Shown here: positions 55,270-64,000 of the stretch, piece by piece
Layout of the letters: each line of letters starts with the position of its first letter
Numbering within the stretch: position 1 is the stretch's first letter
IMG/VR virus record: IMGVR_UViG_3300038549_000009
Span: 259-64,258 of that record
DNA from: a virus
Lineage: Duplodnaviria; Caudoviricetes
Length of the DNA stretch: 64,000 nt
Strand: one strand, 5' to 3'
Program-made: the position numbers and the translations under genes
Notes under the pieces: model-generated
What the model was told of the DNA's origin: nothing
The model's input: only the letters and a program-made list of their open reading frames with translations
The model's database searches: none

Positions 55270-57245
55270 CACGGCTCAGTAACATCACCACAGTCGCCGG
55301 GCTGGACTTCGAGACTTACTGGGATCAGGACTACACCCTAGACAAGCTCAGCACCGCAGACTACATCAGAGACCCCCGATTCGAGACAATCGGGGTTTCT
55401 GTTGTCCACGCTGGGCGGCGCTTCTGGCTGGAGGACCACCAGTTCCGGGAGTTCGCGCGCCGCGTGGACTGGTCTCGCGTCGGCGTCGCTGCGCATCACG
55501 CGCATTTCGACGGCGGCATCCTCGCGTTCCACTATGGCATAATCCCCGGCCTCTACTTCGACACGCTCTCGATGTCGCGCGCGGTCTATGGGCCCTACGA
55601 GAAGCACGACCTCGACGCGCTCGCTCGCCGCGCCGGCGTCGGGCGCAAGCTCGACATACCGCCGCTCGTCAAGGGGCTGCGCCGCGCGGACATGCCGCAA
55701 GCGCTGTGGGAGGAGTATGGTGTCTACTCGCTGAACGACGCCGAGGTCATGATGGAAGCGCTCAAGGTGATGTGCGCCGGCTTCCCGCGCTCGGAGCTGG
55801 CCCTGATCGACGCGACCATCCGCATGTTCACGCAGCCGGGGTTCGTGCTCGACGACGCGCTGCTGAAGCAGGTCGAGATCGACGAGTTGGAGCGCCGGCG
55901 CGACTTGCTGGCGCAAGCTGGCGTGACCGAGAAGGACCTCGGCAGCGCCCCTAAATTCGTGGCGCTCCTCGAAGCGATGGGAGTCGAGGTCGAGATGAAG
56001 CGCGGCAAGAACGGGCCCATCCCTGCCGTCGCGAAGTCCGACCCGTTCATGCAGGGGCTCCTCGACGGCGACGACGAGGATTTGCGCGTGCTGGCGGAGG
56101 CCCGCCTCGCGGTCAAGTCGACGCTCAACGTGACGCGGGCCCGCCGCCTCCTAACCCTCTCACGGGGGGGCGAGCCCGTGCCGGTCTACATCGCCTACTA
56201 CCGGGCGCACACCGGGCGCTGGGGCGGCTCGGACGGGGTGAACTGGCAGAACCCGGAGCGCACCAGCAAGAAAGACGCGAGGAAGGGGCGCATCCGCAAG
56301 GCGATCATGGCCCCGCCCGGCTACAAGATCGTGGTGCGCGACTCCGCTCAGGGCGAAGCGCGCACGCTCGCATGGTTCGCGCGGCAGGAGGACCTTGTCA
56401 CCGCGTTCGCGCAGGGGCGGGATGTCTACTCGGAGCGCGCGAGCATGTATTACGGGCGCACCATCAACCGCAAGCTCAACCCGGAGGACGAGATACCGGG
56501 GCTGATCGGGAAGAACACGACGCTCGGGGGCGGCTACGGCATGGGGTTCGTGAAGTTCGCGATGGAGCTGCTGCGCGGGATGTTCGGGGGCCCACGCATC
56601 CAGTTCACCGAGGACGACATCGTGCGTTTAAATGTCGACGCGCAGGCGTTCCTCAACAACAAGTGGAAGATGAAGCGGGTGTCCGAAGCGCCGACCCGGC
56701 TCGACCGCAAGGCGATGCTGGTGCACTGTATCGTGTGCGACCACATCATCACCCAGTATCGCGCGGCCAACGACAAGATCGTCGGGCTGTGGGAATACCT
56801 CGACGAGATCGTCATCCCCTCGATGGCGGACGGGGCAGAATTTGACATCGGGCCGGGAACTCCGGGCTCGGTTCGGGTGTCCAAGAACTCGATCATCCTG
56901 CCCAACGGGCTCGCGCTGCGCTACGACAACCTGCGCCGGTCCGGGGCGCAGTGGATATACGACACGCCGCGCGGCATCCGGCACCTCTACGGGGGAAAGA
57001 CGACCGAGAACCTGATCCAAGCGCTCCACCGCATCATCGTGGCCGATCAGATGCTCCAGATCGCCGAGCGCTGGGACGTGAAGCTGATGTCGCATGACGA
57101 GGTGGCAGCACTGGTGCGGGCAGAACTGGCCGAGCGCGCGCTGGTGGAGATGGGCCAGATCATGAAGGCGTCCCCGTGGTGGGGACCGGGCCTGCCGCTC
57201 GCATCGGACGGCGGGATAGCAGTCAGATATGGAGACGCAAAATGA
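55266..57245 (+). CDS. family-A DNA polymerase with 3'-5' exonuclease
   Basis: DFET ExoI, HTGRW.G...NWQN, D.AQ.E.R motif A, K...LG.GYG motif B, HDE motif C. Confidence 0.92.
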   Translation: MTRLSNITTVAGLDFETYWDQDYTLDKLSTADYIRDPRFETIGVSVVHAGRRFWLEDHQFREFARRVDWSRVGVAAHHAHFDGGILAFHYGIIPGLYFDTLSMSRAVYGPYEKHDLDALARRAGVGRKLDIPPLVKGLRRADMPQALWEEYGVYSLNDAEVMMEALKVMCAGFPRSELALIDATIRMFTQPGFVLDDALLKQVEIDELERRRDLLAQAGVTEKDLGSAPKFVALLEAMGVEVEMKRGKNGPIPAVAKSDPFMQGLLDGDDEDLRVLAEARLAVKSTLNVTRARRLLTLSRGGEPVPVYIAYYRAHTGRWGGSDGVNWQNPERTSKKDARKGRIRKAIMAPPGYKIVVRDSAQGEARTLAWFARQEDLVTAFAQGRDVYSERASMYYGRTINRKLNPEDEIPGLIGKNTTLGGGYGMGFVKFAMELLRGMFGGPRIQFTEDDIVRLNVDAQAFLNNKWKMKRVSEAPTRLDRKAMLVHCIVCDHIITQYRAANDKIVGLWEYLDEIVIPSMADGAEFDIGPGTPGSVRVSKNSIILPNGLALRYDNLRRSGAQWIYDTPRGIRHLYGGKTTENLIQALHRIIVADQMLQIAERWDVKLMSHDEVAALVRAELAERALVEMGQIMKASPWWGPGLPLASDGGIAVRYGDAK

Positions 57246-57571
57246 CCATTGACTTTTACATGCTGCTTGTGGGGGCGCTGTTCCCGATCGTGCTCGTGCT
57301 CGTGCTCCTCTACATACTGTGGCACTCCACTCGGGCGGAGTTGCAGGCGCTCCACGAGCGAGTCCGCGTGCTCGAGCGCGACGCCGTGTTCAAGATGGAG
57401 CCCTATCCCGTCAACAAGGGAGACGGGGAGTTCGCCGTCAAGGACGTGCTGCGCTCGCTGATCCAGCACCTCGGCCTGAAGCTGACTTACCTGCCGGCGA
57501 AGCCCGAGCAGCTTGCCATCAGCAGGCGCGACATCACGCCGGACCTCGTGGCGCGGGAAGTGCTCAAATGA
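57242..57571 (+). CDS. membrane protein
   Basis: N-terminal TM; ATGA coupling. Confidence 0.55.
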   Translation: MTIDFYMLLVGALFPIVLVLVLLYILWHSTRAELQALHERVRVLERDAVFKMEPYPVNKGDGEFAVKDVLRSLIQHLGLKLTYLPAKPEQLAISRRDITPDLVAREVLK

Positions 57572-58176
57572 CCAAGCGCTACGACAACATCATGTTCGAC
57601 TGCGAGGGGTTCTCGACGCGCCCGAACGCGCTGCTCGTGCAGATCGCGGCCGTGCCGTTCGACTTGTCGGCCGCGCCGCTCTGTCCGCACGGCGTCGAGA
57701 TGTTCGACGCATACCTCGATTGGAACAAGTGCGAACTGGAGCGCAACCTTTGCCACGTCGATCTGGCCACGGTCTACTGGTGGATGGCGCAAGGCCAGAT
57801 CGCGCGCAACCGGCTGATCCTCGGCCATGCCGGCGCGCTGAATGCCATGAAGGCAGCCGACCAGCTCATGCACTTTATCAAGCAGCACGGCACCGACGAC
57901 GTGAAGGTGTGGAGCTACGGGGCCGCGTCTGACCTCGTGTGGCTCCGCCACTTCCTGCACATCGCCGGCTACCCGGAGCCGTGGAGTTACCGCAATGAGC
58001 GGTGCCTGCGCACCGTCGCCGCGACGCTGCCGCCCGCCCACCGGCCCGAGCCGAAGATCGCGCACGATGCGTTGTCCGATGCGCTCGCTCAAGTCGAGTG
58101 GCTTTGCAACATCGTCGCGCACCGTGGCCGGGACGCAGTGAACAGCTATGTTCTCGCGCTCGGAGGTGACTCGTGA
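57568..58176 (+). CDS. DEDD 3'-5' exonuclease (ExoVIII N-terminal/DUF5051-like)
   Basis: MFDCE, T..WW..Q, VWS.G..D, PW.Y..RC.RT, HDAL.DA..Q. Confidence 0.85.
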   Translation: MTKRYDNIMFDCEGFSTRPNALLVQIAAVPFDLSAAPLCPHGVEMFDAYLDWNKCELERNLCHVDLATVYWWMAQGQIARNRLILGHAGALNAMKAADQLMHFIKQHGTDDVKVWSYGAASDLVWLRHFLHIAGYPEPWSYRNERCLRTVAATLPPAHRPEPKIAHDALSDALAQVEWLCNIVAHRGRDAVNSYVLALGGDS

Positions 58177-58490
58177 CGCCGGACATCATCAACGGCGGCT
58201 TTGAGTTCGTCGGCGGCATCATGTTGTGGGGTAACGTCGCGCGGCTGTATCGCGACAAGCTGGTGCGTGGAGTCCACTGGACCTACATGAGTTTCTTCGC
58301 AATTTGGGGTTGGTGGAACCTCTATTTCTATCCGCACCTCGACCAATGGTGGAGCTTTGCTGGCGGCGTGAGTCTTGTCGTGGCGAACTCCGTCTGGATT
58401 GGCCAATTGTTCTACTACAACTGGCGCGAACGCGCGGGGCACGAGTGGTTCAAGTCCCCCGATGGCGTTGGCGGATTCTGGAGGGCATAA
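58173..58490 (+). CDS. PQ-loop/SemiSWEET-like three-TM membrane protein
   Basis: three hydrophobic helices; LYRDK.V.GV loop pattern. Confidence 0.55.
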   Translation: MTPDIINGGFEFVGGIMLWGNVARLYRDKLVRGVHWTYMSFFAIWGWWNLYFYPHLDQWWSFAGGVSLVVANSVWIGQLFYYNWRERAGHEWFKSPDGVGGFWRA

Positions 58491-58492
58491 TC

Positions 58493-59188
58493 ATGGATCA
58501 CGACGACATCTCACGCCGCGCGTTCAACGCGGAGGGCGACCTCAACCGGACCGGCGGGCGCGGGCTCGTGGTGGACCCCGGCCGCAAAGGCGAGTGGATG
58601 CAGACCTACACCGGCCGGCGGTTCTACCCGTGCGACCCCCGGCCCGAGGACGTGGACATCATCGACATCGCGCTCGCGCTCGGGAACATGAGCCGCTACC
58701 TCGGGCACTGCCGCTTCTACAGCGTCGCCGAACACTCCGTCATGGTGTCGCATGTGGTGCCATCGGGCTTCGAGCTGGAGGGCCTGCTCCACGACGCCGA
58801 GGAGGCATACGTGCATGACTTCATCCGCCCGTGGAAGCGCGCGCTCGCGCCCGACAACGACTACTTCAAGCTCGCCTCTCACATCAATCTCGTGGTGCGC
58901 CGGGCATTCGGGCTGCCCGATCTCGAGTCCCGCCAAGTGAAGGAAGCTGACGTGGCCGTGCTCGGCTGCGAGAAGGCGGTGCTGCACCCACGCTCCGACC
59001 CGTGGCATCTGCCCTATCCCGATCCGGGGCTGAAGATACGCGGGCTCTTGCCGCCGGCGTCGTCCAAGTATTTCCTGATTCGCTACGCTGAACTCACGGG
59101 CGAAGACGTTGCCCGCCTGATCGCTCAGGTCGACGACATCATCCGCACCGACGACATCAACCTCTACAAGCACTGGGGGATCAAATGA
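58493..59188 (+). CDS. HD-domain 5'-deoxynucleotidase (YfbR/YfdR-like)
   Basis: T.TG..F, DIA.AL, R..GH, YSVAEHS, LLHDA.EAY..D. Confidence 0.88.
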   Translation: MDHDDISRRAFNAEGDLNRTGGRGLVVDPGRKGEWMQTYTGRRFYPCDPRPEDVDIIDIALALGNMSRYLGHCRFYSVAEHSVMVSHVVPSGFELEGLLHDAEEAYVHDFIRPWKRALAPDNDYFKLASHINLVVRRAFGLPDLESRQVKEADVAVLGCEKAVLHPRSDPWHLPYPDPGLKIRGLLPPASSKYFLIRYAELTGEDVARLIAQVDDIIRTDDINLYKHWGIK

Positions 59189-59832
59189 GCGTAATCATCG
59201 GCCTGACCGGCTACGCCGGCTGCGGCAAGGACACCATCGCCGACATCCTGCGCGACGAGTTCGGATTCACGAAGGCGTCGTTCGCTGGTCCGCTGAAGCG
59301 CGAAGTGGCAGAAGCGTTCGGGCTGACACCGGGCGACGTGACCTTCCTCGAGGATCGCGAAACCAAGGAACGTCCGCTGCTGCGGATGGCGCTGGAGGAA
59401 TGCGCAGACCCCGGCTTTATCGCCTGCCTGCTTGAGGGTGCCGGGCTCTCGGGCTCGCAGCTCCTCACCGAGCTAACGGCGCGCCGATCCTACCGCTGGG
59501 TCTTGCAGCGTTGGGGCACGGAGTATCGCCGCGCGCAGTCGCCGACCTACTGGATAGACCGGGCGGCGGAAGTCATCGCCGGTGTCGAGCGTGTCGTATT
59601 CACGGACACGCGTTTTCCCAACGAGGCCGAGTTCATACGCCGTGCCGGCGGCACGCTCTGGCACATTCACCGGCCGGAAGTGAGCGTGGTCGAGGAGCAC
59701 GTCTCGAACCAGCAGCTCGCGGAAGGGGATGGAGACACGATACTCACCAACAACGGAACCATTGACAGTCTCACTCGCGCCGTCATTCGGCACATGGAGG
59801 ATAAATATGCTCTTGATCGCACTGGAAAGTAA
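59185..59832 (+). CDS. deoxynucleoside monophosphate kinase
   Basis: GLTGYAGCGKDT, FA.PLK, R..LQ.WGTE, D.RFPNE, H.S, N.GT. Confidence 0.9.
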   Translation: MSVIIGLTGYAGCGKDTIADILRDEFGFTKASFAGPLKREVAEAFGLTPGDVTFLEDRETKERPLLRMALEECADPGFIACLLEGAGLSGSQLLTELTARRSYRWVLQRWGTEYRRAQSPTYWIDRAAEVIAGVERVVFTDTRFPNEAEFIRRAGGTLWHIHRPEVSVVEEHVSNQQLAEGDGDTILTNNGTIDSLTRAVIRHMEDKYALDRTGK

Positions 59833-60373
59833 CACTCAGTTGGTGGCCGAGCACGCCGCCAAATATCTGCGCGAGACCTACGGGTTCGTCACGCTCACTC
59901 GCGCGGACCTGATGGTGTCGGGCTCAGGCACGGTTGAAGGGCTCAAAGCGTTCCTCAAGGCGTTCACGCAGTCGCGCCACCGCAAGGTGGCGACACGCGA
60001 GGAAGCGCGCCAGATCGGCCGGCAGCTCCACTACAGGCCAAACTCGAAGGGCCAGCCGACGGCCGTGCCCCTCGGGTTCGAGTATTACGAGGACCACGCC
60101 GGCATCGTGCTGGTTAACGTCGCCTTAGACGCGGTGACGCGCACGGTCCGGGAGAACGAGGGTAGCCAGTGGGTCATCCTCGACGTGCCCGCTGCGGACG
60201 ATTGGCCTCTGACTTCGCAAGGGCTGTTGACGGGGCTACGCACCGGTGATAAGCTGGTCCTCCACGCCTCGACGCTGGAGCGTTTAAATACCGCGCTGTC
60301 GCTGGCACTGGGGGGAGAGTTCATCGTGAACACCATCGACGACACGCCGGAGGCTGCGAATGAAGTGTCATAA
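59807..60373 (+). CDS. degenerate dNMP-kinase-like paralog
   Basis: aligns by eye with the upstream kinase but lacks the P-loop; GGAGG RBS. Confidence 0.55.
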   Translation: MLLIALESNTQLVAEHAAKYLRETYGFVTLTRADLMVSGSGTVEGLKAFLKAFTQSRHRKVATREEARQIGRQLHYRPNSKGQPTAVPLGFEYYEDHAGIVLVNVALDAVTRTVRENEGSQWVILDVPAADDWPLTSQGLLTGLRTGDKLVLHASTLERLNTALSLALGGEFIVNTIDDTPEAANEVS

Positions 60374-61910
60374 ATGCGGCGGGACCCGCTGGGTCAAGAA
60401 AGGCACCACCGGCCGGGGGCATCAGCGCTTCCAGTGTAAGACTTGCGGCTACCGCCCGTGGTCCACGCACATCAAGCCGGACGCCGGCATCCCGAAGGCC
60501 GCTGTGCGCGCGCTGCACAAGCGGCTCGTGTCCGCGCGCGGGGTGCAGCGCTACGTCATCACGGCCGCGCAGAACGCGACGCCTGTCAATCAGGAATTCC
60601 TCGGCGCGCTGTTCACGCTCTGCCGCGAGCGCAAGGCGCAACTGATCGTCATCCCCTACCGTTACCACAACCCGACCTCGATGTGGGGCGTGCAGGCGAA
60701 GTCTCAGGACTGGTGGGCCTCCGAGCTGCTGCCCTATATCTACGACCGCCGGCGAGCGCTCAACAAGAACCTGCTCCTACTCGGCGACATCATGACGCAG
60801 CCGACAGCCTCGCGCCCGCTCGAGGGTTTCGAGTCCATCTCCGGTTCCTACAGCGCCATCATCGGGCATCCGAAGCTCGAGCTGACCACGGTGCCGACGC
60901 CGCAAAACCGGCTGCCGAAAATCCTCACGACGACCGGGGCCGTGACACAGAAGAACTACATCCCCTCGAAGGCCGGCAAGAAAGGCGAGTTCCACCACAC
61001 CTACGGTGCCGCCTACGTCGAGGTCAAAGGCTCGAAGTTCCACCTACGCCAGTTGAACGCCGTCAAGGACGGCTCGTTCATCGACCTCGGCTGGGAGTAT
61101 CGCTCGAACGCCGAACCCAAGTGGGTAGGCGTGTCCGGCATCGTGCTCGGCGACGAGCACGAGGAGTTTATGGACCCCGCCGTCCGGCGTGCAACCTTCG
61201 GCCCGCAGGGCATCGTCACGGTGCTGCGGCCGAAGATCATCGTGCGCCATGACGTGCACGACTTCTACTCCCGGACGCACTGGCACACCGGCGAGGCGTT
61301 CATTGATTTTGTGAAGCACCACACCGGCACCGATGATGTCGAGAAGTCGCTCCGCAAGACCGCAGCCTACATCGACGCCACGACGCCGGCGTGGGCCCGC
61401 AACGTGCTCGTCTACTCGAACCATCCCGACATGCTCGCCCGCTGGGTGAAGCGCGCTATGTGGCAGTCCGACCCGCGCAACGCCAAGTTCTTGCTCAAGA
61501 CGGCGCTCGCGATGGTGGAAGGGGCATACATGAGCGAGACCGGCGCACGCACTATCGACCCGTTCGCTCACTGGATGAAGCAGTGGCTCGTGTGTCAGGA
61601 CCGGACGACGTTTCTCGACCGCAACGAGAGCTTCCAGATTGAAGGCATCGAATGCGGCTACCACGGGGATTACGGGCTAAACGGCGCGCGCGGCTCGCGG
61701 CAGGGCTTCACGAAGATCGGGACGAAGGTCGTCATCGGTCATGGCCACTCGCCCGGCATCTGCGAAGGCGCATATCAGGGCGGCACGATGGCGCGACTCG
61801 GACTCGAGTTTGTGCGCGGGCCTAGCTCGTGGCTCGCCACCGACACACTGATCTACCCGAACGGGAAGCGCTCGCTTATCAACATCGTCGACGGGGAGTG
61901 GCGCGCATGA
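60360..61910 (+). CDS. T5 A1-like metallophosphoesterase/nuclease with N-terminal Zn ribbon
   Basis: ITAAQN.TPV, PTA..PL.G, TTGAVT..NY, KAG.K..FHH, GD.H, HD, SNH, HGD.G.NG.RG, GH.H. Confidence 0.75.
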   Translation: MKCHKCGGTRWVKKGTTGRGHQRFQCKTCGYRPWSTHIKPDAGIPKAAVRALHKRLVSARGVQRYVITAAQNATPVNQEFLGALFTLCRERKAQLIVIPYRYHNPTSMWGVQAKSQDWWASELLPYIYDRRRALNKNLLLLGDIMTQPTASRPLEGFESISGSYSAIIGHPKLELTTVPTPQNRLPKILTTTGAVTQKNYIPSKAGKKGEFHHTYGAAYVEVKGSKFHLRQLNAVKDGSFIDLGWEYRSNAEPKWVGVSGIVLGDEHEEFMDPAVRRATFGPQGIVTVLRPKIIVRHDVHDFYSRTHWHTGEAFIDFVKHHTGTDDVEKSLRKTAAYIDATTPAWARNVLVYSNHPDMLARWVKRAMWQSDPRNAKFLLKTALAMVEGAYMSETGARTIDPFAHWMKQWLVCQDRTTFLDRNESFQIEGIECGYHGDYGLNGARGSRQGFTKIGTKVVIGHGHSPGICEGAYQGGTMARLGLEFVRGPSSWLATDTLIYPNGKRSLINIVDGEWRA

Positions 61911-62457
61911 GCGATTGTCCCGACTGCCACCGGCTGAACGCCATCGACGAGCGACTGCGCAAGTTCGCGCCTAATGGCCATGACGAGGACGCGGTGTGGC
62001 AGCTCAAGGCCGACGCCGAATGGATGTCCAAGCAACTGCGCGGGTGGCAGCAGTGGGCCGTGCGCGTCGTCACCCTGCAAGACCACATTGACTCGCTCTT
62101 AGCGGCGGTGTATGCGCTGCCGCCGAAAGCCGTAGCCGAGCGCGCCGAGCGCGTGCGGCAGGAATACGAGGGGCTGTTCGGACAACCGAAAAGGGAGGCA
62201 TGATGGCAATCTCAACTGGAACTTTCGAGATGCACGAGGCGCGCCGGCAAGAATACGCGGATCGCGTGGCCGAGTATAGCGCGCTCGTGCAAAAGATCAT
62301 CGACAACAGGGCGGACGCACCGACTGCTAAAACGGGCGTGTGGGCAGACGAGATGTTTCGGGAGATAGTCGTCCGCACCTTGCGAAAGATGGCCCCGCTT
62401 CAGGAGCAGGCCGAGCATCTGCGCATCATCAAGAGCGTGTTCGGTGGCAAGTCCTAG
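61907..62457 (+). other. two small hypothetical genes (61907-62203, 62200-62457)
   Basis: ATGA-coupled ORFs. Confidence 0.55.
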
Positions 62458-63142
62458 AAAATTCCCGTGGTCCTACTCGCGCTACAACGCGTTCAAGAAA
62501 TGCGCGAGGGAATTCTGGCACGTCACCGTCAAAAAGGACGTGCCGTTCGTGCAATCTCCGCCCATGAAGGAAGGGGAAAAGCAGCACCTCGCGTTAGAGA
62601 AACGCGTCAGCGACGGGACCGAATTACCGCCGGAGTATCGCTACCTCGAGCCCATGTGCCGGATGATTATCTCGGCGCCGGGCCAGCCCTACACTGAAGT
62701 CCAGCTCGCGCTCGACGCAGACCTGCGGCCGTGCGGCTACAAGGACTGGGGCAAGGCGTGGGTGCGCGCCAAGCTCGACGTGCTGAAGCTGAACGGGCCC
62801 GTCGCGTGGGTGGGCGACTACAAGAGCGGCATCCCCAAGATGGACGAGCTGCAACTAAAGCTCTACGCCGTGTTCGTGTTCGCCGTCTTCCCGGAGGTCA
62901 TGCGCGTTACGACGACCTACCTCTGGACGAAGACCGGCAAGGTCGACCCGGACGACTCGCGCGTTTATACGCGGTCGCAGAACCGCGAGCTGTGGGAGGC
63001 GCTGCTGGCCGAGGCCGACCACCTACAGGCCGCCGCCGACCGCAACGAGTGGCCGCCCCGGCCCGGCGACCATTGCTGTTGGTGCCTCGTGAACAAGTTC
63101 GGCAAGTGTGATTCCGCAGCTAAACCTTACAGGGGGCGATGA
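62444..63142 (+). CDS. PD-(D/E)XK Cas4-like exonuclease
   Basis: WSYS...C, G...H..LE, E..LA, D, DYKSG, QL..YA, C..C...C cluster. Confidence 0.88.
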   Translation: MASPRKFPWSYSRYNAFKKCAREFWHVTVKKDVPFVQSPPMKEGEKQHLALEKRVSDGTELPPEYRYLEPMCRMIISAPGQPYTEVQLALDADLRPCGYKDWGKAWVRAKLDVLKLNGPVAWVGDYKSGIPKMDELQLKLYAVFVFAVFPEVMRVTTTYLWTKTGKVDPDDSRVYTRSQNRELWEALLAEADHLQAAADRNEWPPRPGDHCCWCLVNKFGKCDSAAKPYRGR

Positions 63143-63284
63143 TGGACCAGCATGAAGAACGCGTCGAGGCCGCGAAGACCGCCATCAACCGGGTGTTCGG
63201 CGACACGTCCGTGCCGCAGTCGACCACGCGCGAATCGCTCGAGGACCTGATCGAGGATATCAAGTCGATGCTGGAGACTCTGGA

Positions 63285-63593
63285 GTGAGCGCCCGGCTAC
63301 TCAAGCGCCTTCGCGACGTGGGCCGGCCTCGCCGCTCTCTCCCGGAGGAAGCGCCCATGCGCCGGCCGCCGTGCTTCGACACACAGCCGGAGTTCGACGC
63401 GTGGATGCACGAGTCCCGGCGCTTCGCCGCAATGGCTAACGTCAACCCGAAGAACTACTGCGTGGACTGCCTGCCCGCGTTCCAGAAGCGCATGAAAGCT
63501 GCTGGACGGTGCGCGCATCCTGATGTAGAATTCGCCGAGCACGATGGAGGACTCTATGGCGTCCGACCGCCCATACAAAGAGCCGAAGGTTAA
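63285..63593 (+). CDS. Cys-containing hypothetical protein
   Basis: PPCF, YC.DC.P.FQ..M...GRC..P pattern. Confidence 0.55.
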   Translation: MSARLLKRLRDVGRPRRSLPEEAPMRRPPCFDTQPEFDAWMHESRRFAAMANVNPKNYCVDCLPAFQKRMKAAGRCAHPDVEFAEHDGGLYGVRPPIQRAEG

Positions 63594-63927
63594 GCAGCTC
63601 GTCAAAGACTGGTTCGACGCGCGCCAAGCGTTTAGCTGGGCGCCGGTCTCGAACGGCTTCGGCGTGCATGGGATACCGGATCGTGTCGGCTGCGTGCCGA
63701 TCGTGGTCACACCCGAGATGGTGGGCAAGCGCATCGGCGTATTCGTAGGGCTCGAATGTAAGGGCAGCGAGCGGCTGCGCGAGAAGGACGGCGGTTTGAG
63801 CGCACAGCAGATAATGCGCCTCAAGGAAATTGCAGCGGCGGCCGGCTTTGCTGGCGCGATATATTCCCCCAACGATTTAACAATGGCGGACCTGTGGCTG
63901 ACGAGATTGACATCGCACAAGAGCTGA
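63544..63927 (+). CDS. VRR-NUC-type nuclease/resolvase
   Basis: E..VK, G.G..GIPD, LECK, Q...L..I..A.G. Confidence 0.8.
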   Translation: MEDSMASDRPYKEPKVKQLVKDWFDARQAFSWAPVSNGFGVHGIPDRVGCVPIVVTPEMVGKRIGVFVGLECKGSERLREKDGGLSAQQIMRLKEIAAAAGFAGAIYSPNDLTMADLWLTRLTSHKS

Positions 63928-64000
63928 ACGAGCTGCACTACGAGCAGTCGATGCGCGCATTCCGCTTGCGCGTCAAGGCGCCGCCGCCTAACTTCGACGG

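Noticed and set aside
60360-60460. IS1 InsA-like Zn ribbon suggesting an insertion sequence
   Set aside because: Fused in frame to the A1-like protein; no transposase or terminal repeats
62444-63142. Cas4-like gene as part of a CRISPR system
   Set aside because: No repeat-spacer array or other cas genes seen; it is a standard phage replication exonuclease
1-64000. Stop-codon reassignment or a DNA hypermodification gene cluster
   Set aside because: Genes read intact in the standard code, and no purZ, queuosine-pathway, thymidylate-synthase-like or glycosyltransferase genes were recognised

Overview
The window looks like all or nearly all of a high-GC (by eye about 65-68%) lytic podovirus-type phage genome, opened just upstream of a SNF2 helicase gene. 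No integrase, CRISPR array or reverse transcriptase is visible. Layout: (i) + strand replication genes at 1-7.7 kb, continuing a DNA/nucleotide-metabolism block at 55-64 kb (family-A polymerase, exonucleases, HD hydrolase, dNMP kinase, T5-A1-like protein, VRR-NUC); (ii) a - strand late arm from 40 kb down to 7.7 kb (protease, terminases, portal, scaffold, N4-gp56-type capsid, tail, ejection proteins including a 2601-aa polyvalent protein, tail fibre, lysis genes, tRNA-CAT); (iii) a non-coding divergent region at 40.0-41.3 kb, probably the genome end; (iv) many small + strand early genes at 41.3-55 kb. Most notable: at least 24 copies of the AT-rich octamer RTTTAAAY, often written into genes with rare codons, with two variants in separate genome halves and a density gradient from the presumed entry end; a 48-aa gene copying the capsid N-arm onto a basic tail; a two-hairpin RNA motif repeated in early leaders; two SAM-lyase-like early genes; a probable overprinted gene in the primase; a hybrid initiator/elongator tRNA with a structured leader; and a degenerate dNMP-kinase paralog. 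All family calls come from recognising motifs by eye, not from database searches.
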